Of a stretch of DNA of 42,655 nucleotides, positions 25,643 through 35,667 are shown piece by piece. The stretch spans positions 1 to 42,655 of IMG/VR virus record IMGVR_UViG_3300003972_000019; one strand, given 5' to 3'. The stretch comes from a virus. Its lineage: Duplodnaviria > Caudoviricetes. The notes beneath the pieces are model-generated. The model searched no databases, was not told the origin of the DNA, and was given only the letters and a program-made list of their open reading frames with translations. Made by a program: the position numbers and the translations under genes. The first letter of the stretch is position 1, and every line of letters begins with the position of its first letter.

Positions 25643-28165
25643 GTGTCCGACCTGATCTTCACCATTCTGGGCCGTGACCAGGGGTCCAAGGCCCTCGACG
25701 ACGTCGGCGCCGCGTCCGACCGCGCCCGCGAACGCCTCGACCAGTTCGGCAACACCGGCGTCAAGACGCTGGCCAAGATGGCGCCGGCCGCGCTGGGCGC
25801 CGGTGTGGCGGTCGGGGGCATGCTCGGCCTGGTCGCCGCGGGGTTCGTCGTCGCCGGTGCCGCCATCGTCTCGGGCAACGCCGAGGTCGCGCAGTCCTGG
25901 CAGGACCTGACCCAGACCGTGGCGGACGGCGCCCAGGACGCGGCCCGGCCGCTGGCCGGACCGCTGCACGACGCCCTGGTCGACGTCGGCGACGCGGCCG
26001 AGGAGATGCAGCCGCAGCTGGCCGAGGCGTTCGTCGAGGCCGCGCCCTACGTCGACGACCTCACGGACGGCGTCATCGGCTTCGCCCGCGGCGCCATGCC
26101 CGGGTTCGTCACCGCGGTGCGCTCGGGTGAGGCGCCCATGCGCGGCTTCCAGTCGCTGCTCATCGACACCGGCGCCGGTGTCGGCGAGATGTTCACCCGG
26201 GTGTCGCGGGCCAGCGAGTCCAGCGGCCGCATCCTGGTCAGCACCGGCCAGGTCGTGCGCGACACCCTCGGCTTCGTCGGGGGCCTGCTCGCCGAGCTGT
26301 CCGACTCCGGAGCACCGGCCGTCGACCAGCTGCGGCAGACGCTGTGGCAGCTCTACACCGTCGCCCTGCAGCTCGGGTCCGGCGGCTTCCCGGTGCTGTT
26401 CGGCAGCGCCGGCATCCTGCTCAACATGCTGGAGGGCCTGCTGGCCCTGCTGGCACCCATCGCGTCCGAGGTCGGCACCGTGCTCGGCGTGGTGCTGTCC
26501 CTGGCCGCAGCGTTCCGCCTGTTCAGCGCCGTGACCGGCGGTGTGCAGGCCCTCGGCGTGGCCCTCGACGGGCTGGGCCAGGGCGCCCGCAACGTCGGCG
26601 ACGGCGCCGGCGCGGCACAGGGCCGCTTCGCCGGCATCGCCTCGTTCGTGGCGGGCCCGCTCGGCCTGGCGCTGGGTGTGGGCGCCGCCGCCTACGGCAT
26701 GTTCGCGGGCAAGCAGTCCTCGGCCGCGCGCGGCGCCGAGGACCTGCGGGCCGCCCTGCGCGCGTCCAAGGGCGAGATCGACGACAACGTGCGCAGCGTC
26801 GCCGCGAAGAACCTGCAGGACCAGGGGTCCATCGACAAGGCCCGCACCCTGGGCATCAGCCTGGCCGACCTCACCGACGCCTACCTGGGCCAGGGCGACG
26901 CCGCGAAGAACCTGCTGCCGCGCCTACGCGACATGCAGAAGGAGCTGGACAACCAGAAGGTGCCGCTGCAGCAGAACGCCGCGGACACCCAGAAGCTGGT
27001 CGACGAGCTGAACAACGAGTCGTTCGCGGTCCGCGAGCTGATCGACGTCCTGACCGAGGGCACCCCCGCCAACGAGAAGGCCATCCAAGAGGCCCGCAAC
27101 CTGGCCGAGGCCACCGCGGAGAGCAGCAGCAAGGTCGGCGAGCTGAGCCTGGCGCAGCTGGCCAACAAGGCCGCCGCAAGCGAGCAGGCCGCGGCCTACG
27201 AGACGTTGAAGACCAACGTCTCCGACGTCAACGCCCGCGTCGAGGCCCTGCGGACCATCCTCGACGAGCTGACCGGCCGCAACACCAGCTACGAGGACGC
27301 GGTCCAGGGCATCAACGCCACCCTGCGCGGCCTGGCCGAGGGCTTCAACGGCGCGGCCGCGAGCGGCAAGGGCTTCGGGTCCGAGCTGATCAACGCAGAC
27401 GGCACGATCAACACGACCAAGGCCAACGGCGCCCAGCTGCGCGACACCCTCAAGGAGCTGGAGCGCAACACCCTGGCCGGCGCCGACGCGCTGGCACGCA
27501 ACGGCGCCACCCAGCAGGAGGTCGCCCAGTTCGTCCAGCAGACCCGTGACCGGTTCATCGACCAGTACCAGGCGCTGGGCCTGACCAAGGACGAAGCCGG
27601 CCGGCTGGCCACCCAGTACGGGCTGATCCCCCAGCAGGTCGCCACGCTGATCTCGACCCCGGGCCTGGCCGAGGCCGCCCAGCGCCTGGGCATGTTCGAC
27701 TGGCAGGTCCGCAACCTGCCGGACGGCACGGTCGTCATCGACGCCAAGACCAGCGCCGCCCAGGACGGCATCAACCGGCTGATCCAGACCAACGACGGCC
27801 GCGTCATCTCGATCGCCGTGCGCGCCAACGGCGACGTGTGGGCGCTGGGCGACAACGGCCAGCGCGTCGGCATGGCCGCGCGCGCGATGGGTGGCCCGGT
27901 CGAGGCCGGCAAGCCCTACCTGGTGGGCGAGGACGGCCCCGAGATCATCTTCCCCACCCGCGCCGGGTTCGTCGCCACCGCGCGCGAAACCGCCGAGATC
28001 CAGGCCGGTGCGCGCACCGACTCGGTGCGCGCGGTCGACCCGGGCGTGCCCGGCGGTGGCGTCGTCGAGCGGCACTTCCACCTGCACCTGGACGGCGTCC
28101 GCAACAGCGACGTCGACCTGATCGCCCAGTACCAGCGCATGGAAGCGCTGGACGCACCGCTGTGA
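25643..28165 (+). CDS. Tape measure protein (840 aa)
   Basis: DLIFTILGRD start; Ala/Gly-rich helical body; C-terminal RAMGGPV...YLVGEDGPE. Confidence 0.95.
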   Translation: MSDLIFTILGRDQGSKALDDVGAASDRARERLDQFGNTGVKTLAKMAPAALGAGVAVGGMLGLVAAGFVVAGAAIVSGNAEVAQSWQDLTQTVADGAQDAARPLAGPLHDALVDVGDAAEEMQPQLAEAFVEAAPYVDDLTDGVIGFARGAMPGFVTAVRSGEAPMRGFQSLLIDTGAGVGEMFTRVSRASESSGRILVSTGQVVRDTLGFVGGLLAELSDSGAPAVDQLRQTLWQLYTVALQLGSGGFPVLFGSAGILLNMLEGLLALLAPIASEVGTVLGVVLSLAAAFRLFSAVTGGVQALGVALDGLGQGARNVGDGAGAAQGRFAGIASFVAGPLGLALGVGAAAYGMFAGKQSSAARGAEDLRAALRASKGEIDDNVRSVAAKNLQDQGSIDKARTLGISLADLTDAYLGQGDAAKNLLPRLRDMQKELDNQKVPLQQNAADTQKLVDELNNESFAVRELIDVLTEGTPANEKAIQEARNLAEATAESSSKVGELSLAQLANKAAASEQAAAYETLKTNVSDVNARVEALRTILDELTGRNTSYEDAVQGINATLRGLAEGFNGAAASGKGFGSELINADGTINTTKANGAQLRDTLKELERNTLAGADALARNGATQQEVAQFVQQTRDRFIDQYQALGLTKDEAGRLATQYGLIPQQVATLISTPGLAEAAQRLGMFDWQVRNLPDGTVVIDAKTSAAQDGINRLIQTNDGRVISIAVRANGDVWALGDNGQRVGMAARAMGGPVEAGKPYLVGEDGPEIIFPTRAGFVATARETAEIQAGARTDSVRAVDPGVPGGGVVERHFHLHLDGVRNSDVDLIAQYQRMEALDAPL

Positions 28166-28177
28166 AGGGGGTGACGG

Positions 28178-29032
28178 GTGCCCGAGGTCACCGAGTTCAT
28201 CGACCCTGACGGCACGGCCCACACCCTGGCCGTCCGCTGGGACGTGTCCGGCCGCGGCATGCCGCCGATCGCCCTGGAGGAGGACGAGGTCCCCGAGCAG
28301 CCGGGCAGCCGGCTGCGCGGGGTCCGTCACCGGGCCCGCGATTTCGCGCTGCGCGTGAAGGTCAGCGGTGCCGACGTGCGCACCGCGGTGCGCGACCTCA
28401 TCGCCACCGTCGACCCGATCCGTGGTGACGGCCGCATCCGCGTCACCACCGAGGCCGGTGACCAGCGCGAGATCACCTGCCGCTACCAGGGGGGCCTGGA
28501 GCTGCAGGAGCGGCTCGGCGAGACCAGCGGGCCCGAGCTGCAGTTGGCCACCGCCCTGTTCCGCGCACACGATCCCTACTGGTACGCGCTGTCGGACGTG
28601 GTCACCGAGTTCGAGCTGAGCGGCAGCGGCAGCAAGTGGTTCCCGCTGCTGCCGCTGCGGTTGAGCAGCAGCGAGCTGTTCTCCGAGGCCACGGTGGTCA
28701 ACGTCGGCGACGTCGAGGCCCAGCCGGTGTGGGAGCTACGCGGGCCCGGATCGGTGATCGTGCTGACCAACCTGACCACCGGCAAGTCGCTGTCGCTGTC
28801 CACCGTGCTGACCGCCGGTGAGGTCGTCACCATCGACACCCGGCGCGGCGCCAAGACCGTCATCCTCGACGACGGCACTCCGGACGGGGTCGACCTGTTC
28901 GAGGACCTCGGCGACCTCGACGAGCTGTGGCCGCTGCGCCGCGGCAGCAACGTCATCCGCGTCGAGATGACCGGCGCCACCGCCGATTCCTACGTGCGCC
29001 TGGCCTACCGCCCTCCCTACCTGAGCGCCTGA
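28178..29032 (+). CDS. Distal tail protein (Dit)
   Basis: Follows the tape measure gene; FRAHDPYWY, NVGDVEAQPVWELRGP, LWPLRRGSN. Confidence 0.85.
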   Translation: MPEVTEFIDPDGTAHTLAVRWDVSGRGMPPIALEEDEVPEQPGSRLRGVRHRARDFALRVKVSGADVRTAVRDLIATVDPIRGDGRIRVTTEAGDQREITCRYQGGLELQERLGETSGPELQLATALFRAHDPYWYALSDVVTEFELSGSGSKWFPLLPLRLSSSELFSEATVVNVGDVEAQPVWELRGPGSVIVLTNLTTGKSLSLSTVLTAGEVVTIDTRRGAKTVILDDGTPDGVDLFEDLGDLDELWPLRRGSNVIRVEMTGATADSYVRLAYRPPYLSA

Positions 29033-29046
29033 GACGAGGTGATCCG

Positions 29047-30183
29047 GTGGCCGAGTGGCGCGTCTACCTGCGTAAACCCAACCTGCGGCGCGGTGCGCTC
29101 ATCGAGGACTTCCAGCAGCTGGACCTCGTGCCCAGGTGGAACGACGTCGGCACGTGGGCCATCGACCTGGACGCGCGGCTGCCCTACGCCCGCCAGCTGG
29201 CCACCCCCGGCTACGGCATCGAGGTGGTCAACAGCGCCGGCGTGGTCCTGTCCGGCGACATGCGGCACGTCAAGCGCACCCGCACCGAGGACCGCAGCCG
29301 GCTGGTCGTGTCCGGCTACGACGACAACGTGTGGCTGTACCGGCGGGTGGCCCACCCGCAGCCGGGCACCGCCACCCCGCCCTACAGCTCGTCCGGCTAC
29401 GACATGAGCAACGACGTGGCCAGCACCGTGCTGGGCTACTACGTCGACCGCAACGCCGGACCCGCCGCGCTGGCGGTGCGGCGCGTGCCCGGCCTGACCA
29501 TCGGCAGCTACCCGGCGGCCGGCACCACGGTGTTCGGCCGCGCCCGGTGGCAGCGGCTGCTCGTGCTGCTGCAGGAGCTGGCGCTGACCGGCGGTGGCCT
29601 CGGCTTCCGGATCACCAAGACCGGCACCTCCGCGCGCGAGTTCACCGTCTGGGAACCCGAGGACCTCACCAGCCGCGTCCGCTTCTCGACCGGCCTGGGC
29701 AACCTGGCCGGCTACGAGTACGAGGACCAGGCCCCGACGTTCAACTACGTCTACATGGGCGGGTCGGGTGAAGGCGTCACGCGCACCATCCGCGAGGGCC
29801 TCTACGTCGACAGCGTCGTCGACTGGGGCCGCATCGAGGAGTTCCGCGACCGGCGCGACACCGACGACCTGTCCGAGCTGGACCAGCACATCAGCCAGGC
29901 CCTGGCCGAGGGCGTGGGCCAGGTGGGCCTGCGCCTCACCCCGGCCGAGACCAACAACCTGCGCTACCTCGTCCACTACAACCTCGGCGACCGCGTGACG
30001 GCCGTGCTCGACGGCGTCGTCGTGCGCGACCAGGTCACCGAGGTCCGTATCAAGCTCACCCCCGAGGGCCCGTCCACCCTGCCCGCCATCACCAGCCCCG
30101 GCGGGAACGTCCCCGAAGTCCTGCGCCTGGTGCGCGCACTGCGCGCCACCGAGCGTCGCCTGGAGAACCTGGAGCGCCGCTGA
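29047..30183 (+). CDS. Gp37-like minor tail / baseplate hub protein
   Basis: RWNDVGTW, GGSGEGVTR, WGRIEEFRDRRD, YNLGDRVT, ERRLENLERR. Confidence 0.85.
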   Translation: MAEWRVYLRKPNLRRGALIEDFQQLDLVPRWNDVGTWAIDLDARLPYARQLATPGYGIEVVNSAGVVLSGDMRHVKRTRTEDRSRLVVSGYDDNVWLYRRVAHPQPGTATPPYSSSGYDMSNDVASTVLGYYVDRNAGPAALAVRRVPGLTIGSYPAAGTTVFGRARWQRLLVLLQELALTGGGLGFRITKTGTSAREFTVWEPEDLTSRVRFSTGLGNLAGYEYEDQAPTFNYVYMGGSGEGVTRTIREGLYVDSVVDWGRIEEFRDRRDTDDLSELDQHISQALAEGVGQVGLRLTPAETNNLRYLVHYNLGDRVTAVLDGVVVRDQVTEVRIKLTPEGPSTLPAITSPGGNVPEVLRLVRALRATERRLENLERR

Positions 30184-31091
30184 TGGCCGTCACCCTCGAC
30201 ACCTACGCCCCCTTCGACGACGGCCCCGGCGCCGACGCGCTCGAAGCCACGTGGCGCAAGATGTTCAGCCGCGTGCTCAGCGACGGCGTGTTCCGCGGCG
30301 TGGCCAACGCCTTCAAGGTCTACGCCGACTCGACCGGCCTGCAGGTCAAGGTCCAGACCGGGGAATGCTGGATCGCAGGGCACTGGGGCGAGAGCACCGC
30401 CGAGAAGGTCCTGCCGATCCAGGCCAACGCACTGGGCCTGACCCGCGCCGACCGCATCATCCTGCGCAACCACTTCGGGGACAACCGCATCGAGCTGGAC
30501 GTCCTGACCGGCACCAGCGGCACCCCGACCGCGGTCACCAGCAACACCACACTGCGCGAGATCAGCCTGGCCACGCTGCTGGTGCCCAACGGGGACACCA
30601 CCATCGCCGACGACCAGCTGACCGACGACCGGACCTACGCCGTCGCGCCGGTCGCCGACCGCGTCGTCGCCGGTGCCGTGGCCGAGACCGCCGGCGTCAT
30701 CAACAGCGCGGTGACCACCACCGAGACCACCGTGACGAAGCTGAACCTCACCGGCGTCTCGCAGGAGCTGGGCCGCACCTACCTGCTGAACCTCAACCTG
30801 TTCGCCAACTTCACCCAGCCCGGCGAGCTGTACCGCATCCGCGTGCGCCAGGACACCGCCCTGTCCGGCACCGTGCTGGCCGAGTGGACCTGGACCACCG
30901 ACCTGGGCAACGACGACCACCGGAGCTTCGCCCAGCCCTACAAGGCCACCGCCAGCGGCACGGTCAGCCTCTACGTGTCCGTGCAGCGGGTCGTCGCCGC
31001 GGGCAGCCCCGGCAACATGAGCGTCTACGGCTTCTCCCGCACCGCCTTCTGGGTCGAGCGCACGTCCAACTCCTGGTCCTACGTGGCCTGA
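30183..31091 (+). CDS. Minor tail protein
   Basis: PFDDGPG...WRKM...VYADSTGLQVKVQTGECWIAGH...RADRIILR...DDR. Confidence 0.75.
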   Translation: MAVTLDTYAPFDDGPGADALEATWRKMFSRVLSDGVFRGVANAFKVYADSTGLQVKVQTGECWIAGHWGESTAEKVLPIQANALGLTRADRIILRNHFGDNRIELDVLTGTSGTPTAVTSNTTLREISLATLLVPNGDTTIADDQLTDDRTYAVAPVADRVVAGAVAETAGVINSAVTTTETTVTKLNLTGVSQELGRTYLLNLNLFANFTQPGELYRIRVRQDTALSGTVLAEWTWTTDLGNDDHRSFAQPYKATASGTVSLYVSVQRVVAAGSPGNMSVYGFSRTAFWVERTSNSWSYVA

Positions 31092-31124
31092 CCCCGTCCG
31101 CCGTCCCCACTCGACACTCCGGAG

Positions 31125-31451
31125 GTGGGGCCGGTGGACCAGGTCCCCGTGTCATACGTCCAGAAGCAGCTCGACGACCTGCGCGCGGACATCCGCGACG
31201 ACTTCCGCCACCTCGGCCAGAAGCTCGACGAGCAGGTCCTGGACCACGCGCGCCAGCTGGCCAAGCTCACCGAGCGCGCCGACACCCACCAGCGCGAGCT
31301 GGAGGAGCTGCGCGCGCACAACCGCGACACCACCAAGACCCAGCAGGCCGAGGTCAACACCGGCCGCCGCTGGAGCGTCAGCACCGCGCTGGCCGCGCTG
31401 GCCGTGCTCGTCTCGATCGTCTCGGCCGTGGTCGCCAACCTGCCCGGCTGA
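31125..31451 (+). CDS. Coiled-coil protein with one C-terminal TM (lysis cassette, holin-like)
   Basis: Heptad-rich N-terminus, C-terminal ALAALAVLVSIVSAVV; immediately before the endolysin. Confidence 0.6.
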   Translation: MGPVDQVPVSYVQKQLDDLRADIRDDFRHLGQKLDEQVLDHARQLAKLTERADTHQRELEELRAHNRDTTKTQQAEVNTGRRWSVSTALAALAVLVSIVSAVVANLPG

Positions 31452-31477
31452 CCAACCCCCATCCACCGGGAGACCCC

Positions 31478-32473
31478 GTGCCCCAGGTCCTCGACTACAG
31501 CGCCGGACTGCCCGGCGCGGCCGCAATCAAGCGAGCCGGCTACGTCGGCGCCGTCCGCTACATCGGCTTCCCCGCCAACCCGAAGTGCACCAACGCCGGC
31601 GAGCTGCGCGACTTCACCGCGCACGGCCTCGGCATGGCGCTCGTGTTCGAGCAGACCGCGGACAACTGGCGCGGCGGCTACAACGCCGGCGTCGCCGACT
31701 ACCGCACCGGCCGAACCCACGCGAACATGATCGGCTTCCCGATGGACCGGCCGATCTACATGGCCGTCGACCGCGACGTGGTCACCACGGCCGAGATGAA
31801 CGCCGCGCTGGCCTACCTGCGCGGCGCCCGCGATGCCGCCGGCCGCCCCGGCCTGGTGGGCGTCTACGGCGAGCACGACGTCTGCGCGGCCGCCGCAGCC
31901 TGGCGCGGCCCGTCCGACGACCGGCTGTGCGACTGGTTCTGGCAGTGCCGCGCCTGGTCCGGCACACCGCCGCGGATGTTCGGCCGCCGGCACCTCTACC
32001 AGCACGCCGGAACCGTCTACGTGGGCGGCATCGCGTGCGACATCAACGACGTACTGGCCACCGACTGGGGCCAGCACCTGGAGGACACGATGAGCGAAGA
32101 GGCCGCCTACACCGGCGTCGCCAAGATGTTCAAGGACATGGGGTCCGGTGCCGCGCCCGACCTCGTGCAGGCCCTGCGCGAGGTCGTCTGGGGGGGCCTG
32201 GTCCCGGTCAAGGACGGCGACGCCGAGTGGCTGGACCGCGCCGACGTGGTCCTGGCCGCCACCAACCGGCACGCCGCGCACGCCGAGTTCGACTCGCGCG
32301 TGCTGCGCCAGGAGGTCGACGTCCTCAAGTCGGCCAACGCCGCGCTGGCCGAGCTGGTGGCCAAGGGCGGTGGCCTGACCGTCGAGGCCGTGAAGCAGGC
32401 CGTCCACGACGCGGTCGCCGCGGGCGTGGTGAAGGTCGACGTGACCGTGCAGAACGCCAAGGAGGCAGTGTGA
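31478..32473 (+). CDS. Endolysin, DUF1906 (Rv2525c-like, GH25-related) glycoside hydrolase
   Basis: GTG 31478; LDYSAG...GYVGAVRYI...LVFE...RPIYMAVD...GVYG...WQCRAWS...DIN...DWGQ. Confidence 0.9.
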   Translation: MPQVLDYSAGLPGAAAIKRAGYVGAVRYIGFPANPKCTNAGELRDFTAHGLGMALVFEQTADNWRGGYNAGVADYRTGRTHANMIGFPMDRPIYMAVDRDVVTTAEMNAALAYLRGARDAAGRPGLVGVYGEHDVCAAAAAWRGPSDDRLCDWFWQCRAWSGTPPRMFGRRHLYQHAGTVYVGGIACDINDVLATDWGQHLEDTMSEEAAYTGVAKMFKDMGSGAAPDLVQALREVVWGGLVPVKDGDAEWLDRADVVLAATNRHAAHAEFDSRVLRQEVDVLKSANAALAELVAKGGGLTVEAVKQAVHDAVAAGVVKVDVTVQNAKEAV

Positions 32474-33186
32474 TCAAGGGGTTAGCCAGGCTGGCCGTGC
32501 TGCTGCTGCTCGTGCTCGGCGCACCGAGCGTCGCGCACGCGCAGAGCCCGGTGCAGCGGATGTGCACCGACTACCTGGGCGGCCGGCTCACCGTCGAGGT
32601 CCTGGGCGACAGCATCATGGCCGGCGGTGGCGCCACCACCGCCGAACGCGCCTGGCCCAACGTCGCACACCGCACATTCGCACCCGGCGGTGGCCAGGTG
32701 TGGAACGGCGCGATCGGCGGTTCGGTCACCAGCGAGTACCTGCCCGGCGGGGTCTACTACGGCCACACCAACTTCACCCGGGTCGTGAAGCCGTCCGTGG
32801 TGGTGCTCGGCTGGCGGATCAACGAGCAGTACCGCTACGAGTGGGGCCTGCCCGGCGGCGCCACCCCCGCCCAGCTGACCGCCAACGTCGTCAGCCTGGT
32901 CAACCACATCCGCGAAGCCTCCCCCGGCACCGCGTTCGTCGTCGTCAACGTGCCGCACCCGCTCGGCGACTGGGGCTACCCCGCCGAGCAGCGCTACATC
33001 GAAGCGCTCTGGTCCGCCAAGGAGGCGACCGGCGCGATGTGGCTCGACGTCAGCCACTACTTCCCCCAGCCCGGCGGTGACAACGGCCTCGGCCTGATGG
33101 GGCCGGACGGGCTGCACCCGGGCGACCCGGGCCAGGCCGTCATCGCCACCGCCGTGCACCAGCGCATCCACGCCACCTGCACCTGA
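32470..33186 (+). CDS. Secreted SGNH/GDSL hydrolase
   Basis: Signal peptide IKGLARLAVLLLLVLGAPSVAHA; block I LGDS; NGAIGG; RIN; block V DGLHP. Confidence 0.85.
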   Translation: MIKGLARLAVLLLLVLGAPSVAHAQSPVQRMCTDYLGGRLTVEVLGDSIMAGGGATTAERAWPNVAHRTFAPGGGQVWNGAIGGSVTSEYLPGGVYYGHTNFTRVVKPSVVVLGWRINEQYRYEWGLPGGATPAQLTANVVSLVNHIREASPGTAFVVVNVPHPLGDWGYPAEQRYIEALWSAKEATGAMWLDVSHYFPQPGGDNGLGLMGPDGLHPGDPGQAVIATAVHQRIHATCT

Positions 33187-33218
33187 CCGTCCACCCCGGA
33201 CACGACAAGGAGATCTCC

Positions 33219-33536
33219 TTGCTCAACTTCCTCACCTCGACCGTCCGCACCGGCGTGCCCTACATCTGGGGCCTGGCGGTGGCCTGGCTGGCCGGCCAGG
33301 GTGGCCTGTTCGCCGAGCTGGCCGGCGCGGTCGACCCCGCGTGGCAGCAGCTCGTCGCCGGCGCCGCCCTGGCCGTGGTCACCACCGCGATGTACGCGGT
33401 GGTGCGCGTGATCGAGCAGAACCTGCCGCGCATCCTCGGCCGCTTCCTCCCCGCCGACGTCGTCGACACGGTCGTGAAGCTCGTCCTGGTGCTGCTCATC
33501 GGCGTGCCGAAGCAGCCCACCTACGACCGGACGTAG
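33219..33536 (+). CDS. Holin
   Basis: VRTGVPYIWG...YAVVRVIEQ...LLIG.PKQPTY; 2-3 TM; end of the lysis cassette. Confidence 0.7.
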   Translation: MLNFLTSTVRTGVPYIWGLAVAWLAGQGGLFAELAGAVDPAWQQLVAGAALAVVTTAMYAVVRVIEQNLPRILGRFLPADVVDTVVKLVLVLLIGVPKQPTYDRT

Positions 33537-33555
33537 TCCACCCCCAGCACGACCC

Positions 33556-33591
33556 GGGCCCGACGTGCCGCCGCCACGGCACGTCGGGCCC
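33556..33591 (+). terminator. Late operon terminator
   Basis: 15-bp perfect stem GGGCCCGACGTGCCG / CGGCACGTCGGGCCC followed by TATT. Confidence 0.75.
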
Positions 33592-33648
33592 TATTCGTCT
33601 ATCGCTCGCCGCTCATCGTCGTTTCAGTGCAGCCCGAAGGGAACCCTC

Positions 33649-33870
33649 ATGGCCAAGGTCGGGCGCCCGCGCGCCGCCACCCCCGCCAACATCGACAGCG
33701 CCACCAAGGCCGAGGTCGCCGCGCTGCTGTCGTGCTCCGACCGGCACGTCGAACGGCTCATCGCCCGCGGCGACCTCGAAGCGTGGAAGTCCGGCCGCGC
33801 CGTCCGGATCTGGCTGCACTCGGTCCAGGCGTACCAGTTGCGGAACCGCTTCGTTCCGGTGGTGGATTAA
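33649..33870 (+). CDS. Excisionase-like HTH protein
   Basis: TKAEVAALLSCSDRHVERLIARGDLEAWKSGRAVRI; N-terminal GRPR. Confidence 0.8.
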   Translation: MAKVGRPRAATPANIDSATKAEVAALLSCSDRHVERLIARGDLEAWKSGRAVRIWLHSVQAYQLRNRFVPVVD

Positions 33871-34036
33871 TCGGCGACCGTGTCGCGGAACTGTCCACGA
33901 ACTGGGGGTCGCCTGTCCTGGACGTCGCCGGCGGCGCGGCCCTACCGTCGCCGGTGGGCCTCGACCGCAGCCCCGCTCTCCGACTGGACCCGACTCGACC
34001 CCCCTGGGGCCGACTCCCGCAGAAGTGCGTAGTGGT

Positions 34037-34080
34037 CCGGTTAGACGTCCGATAACTTGGGTTACCGGACGCCTAACCGG
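34037..34080. other. Candidate res/lox-like site for the tyrosine recombinase
   Basis: 20-bp arms matching at 18/20; core TCCGATAA-cttggg-TTACCGGA; at the head of the operon containing the recombinase. Confidence 0.55.
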
Positions 34081-34112
34081 GCGGTCCGCAAGATCCACAC
34101 GAAGGGCACTCC

Positions 34113-34826
34113 GTGGAAACCCAGCAACCCACTCCCCCGGCATCGAGTGAACAGGCAACTAATCTGCCGGACCTCGCCACGCTGACGTTCACCGCGCCGG
34201 ACGACGTCGTGTTCGCCGACGACCCGCGCGCCGCCGCGCTGGCCGAGTGGATCGCCTACGCCCGCGACGCCGGCCACGTCATCGCCGAGCACCTGAGCCC
34301 CGGCGACCCGACCGCGAACACCACCGGCAGCCGGCACTGCGGCACCGCGCGCATCGGCGCCGAGGCGTTCGACATCTACCTGGGCGATAGCGCCAACCAC
34401 GTCTACCCCGTGCGGGTCACCGGCGTGAACGCCCGCGCCCTGCTCGGCCTCGACCAGGCACCCGCCGCCTCGACCAGTCGAACCGCCGGGCGCGACTTCG
34501 TGGTGGTGGGCCACCGCTACCACGAGGGCGAGGACGAGCAGACGTTCGTCGGCATCCTGCGCGGCACGGTCGAAGGCCAGGCCACCAGTACGGCCGACCC
34601 CCTGAGCTGGACCGCGCAGACCACCCAGCGGCTGACCGAGTTGGTCCGGCAAGCTCGGCTGGTGCAGGGCAGTGACGACCAGGTCCAGGACCTGGCCGAC
34701 GCGCTGGCGGTCATCGCCGCGCTGCTGCCGCGCTGGGACCTGCGCGACGTCGACCCGACCACCGAGCACCGCATCAACCGCGTGACCGCGGCCCTGGGCG
34801 ACCTCGTCGTAGATTTGGGGGCCTGA
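34113..34826 (+). CDS. Hypothetical protein (237 aa)
   Basis: GTG after GAAGGG; GC3-biased. Confidence 0.65.
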   Translation: METQQPTPPASSEQATNLPDLATLTFTAPDDVVFADDPRAAALAEWIAYARDAGHVIAEHLSPGDPTANTTGSRHCGTARIGAEAFDIYLGDSANHVYPVRVTGVNARALLGLDQAPAASTSRTAGRDFVVVGHRYHEGEDEQTFVGILRGTVEGQATSTADPLSWTAQTTQRLTELVRQARLVQGSDDQVQDLADALAVIAALLPRWDLRDVDPTTEHRINRVTAALGDLVVDLGA

Positions 34827-34829
34827 ACC

Positions 34830-35081
34830 ATGACCGACACCCTGCCGTGCACCACGACCGAGCTGTACGGGGTCTTCGGCGCGGTCGACGCCCTGGCCGA
34901 GCTGCCGAACGGCCTGCCGGACGACTATGCGGCCGGTGCGCTGGTGGTCAGGCTGGCCACCCTCGGCAGCCAGGATCTGGCCGCCCTCGGCGAGGACCAC
35001 GCGAAGTACCGGGCGGCCGCCGAGCAGCTGCTGACCATCCATAAGGACACCGCCGACGACCAGGGCACGGTGACGGCATGA
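34830..35081 (+). CDS. Hypothetical protein
   Basis: Operon packing, ATGA overlap with the next gene. Confidence 0.65.
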   Translation: MTDTLPCTTTELYGVFGAVDALAELPNGLPDDYAAGALVVRLATLGSQDLAALGEDHAKYRAAAEQLLTIHKDTADDQGTVTA

Positions 35082-35667
35082 CGACCACCGAGACGGCTTG
35101 GCTGGTGGCCTACGAGGACACCGGCCGCGAGTGGATGCCCTACAACCGCTGGCCCGCCACCGAGTACAACCTGGTCCGGTTCGTCGAGGGCACCCTGCCG
35201 GGGCTGACCGAGGCCACGATGTTGGCCCAGGTCGTGCGGGTGGCCCTGGTGGTCGACGACGTCGAGGTCCACACGGCCACCATCCCGCGGCCGCGGTCCT
35301 ACAGCCTGAGTCACGGGCAGACGCATCGGCGCACCGTCGCCGAGATGTTCCAGGGCAGGCTGCCCGCTCCCCTGTCGACCACCAGCCGCGCGACGTGCGC
35401 GCCCGGGTCGCGGCCGAGCACGCCCGGCTCACCGGCGTGGTCCGGCTGGACCTCACGCTCGCCGAGGCGAAGCACGTCATGGAAGCCCTGCACGGCCTGC
35501 CGGACGACTTCGGCCTTACCGACGACCGGCGGCGCTCGGTGTTCGGCGTAATCGAGCTGCTGCACCAGGTGCTGCCCGAAGTGCGAGCGCACGCCAGCAG
35601 GCGAGCGCCCCGGGCCGCGCACATCCCGACCACGCACCCCGACGTTCCGGGAAGGACGACCGCATGA
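35078..35667 (+). pseudogene. Hypothetical gene with an apparent -1 frameshift near 35365-35375
   Basis: Coding-like codon bias moves from the 35078 frame to the frame ending at 35667, whose stop overlaps the next ATG. Confidence 0.45.

Noticed and set aside
10063-31091. Diversity-generating retroelement or invertible tail-fibre cassette
   Set aside because: No reverse transcriptase, template/variable repeat pair or serine invertase noticed.
33975-34020. CCGACT repeats and one GACCCGAC as a clt
   Set aside because: Only three short, irregular copies far from traB; compatible with chance.
34045-34072. Host dif site for XerCD
   Set aside because: The left arm has CCGATAA, but the right arm TTACCGGACG lacks the TTATGT XerD-type arm; the symmetry fits a single recombinase.
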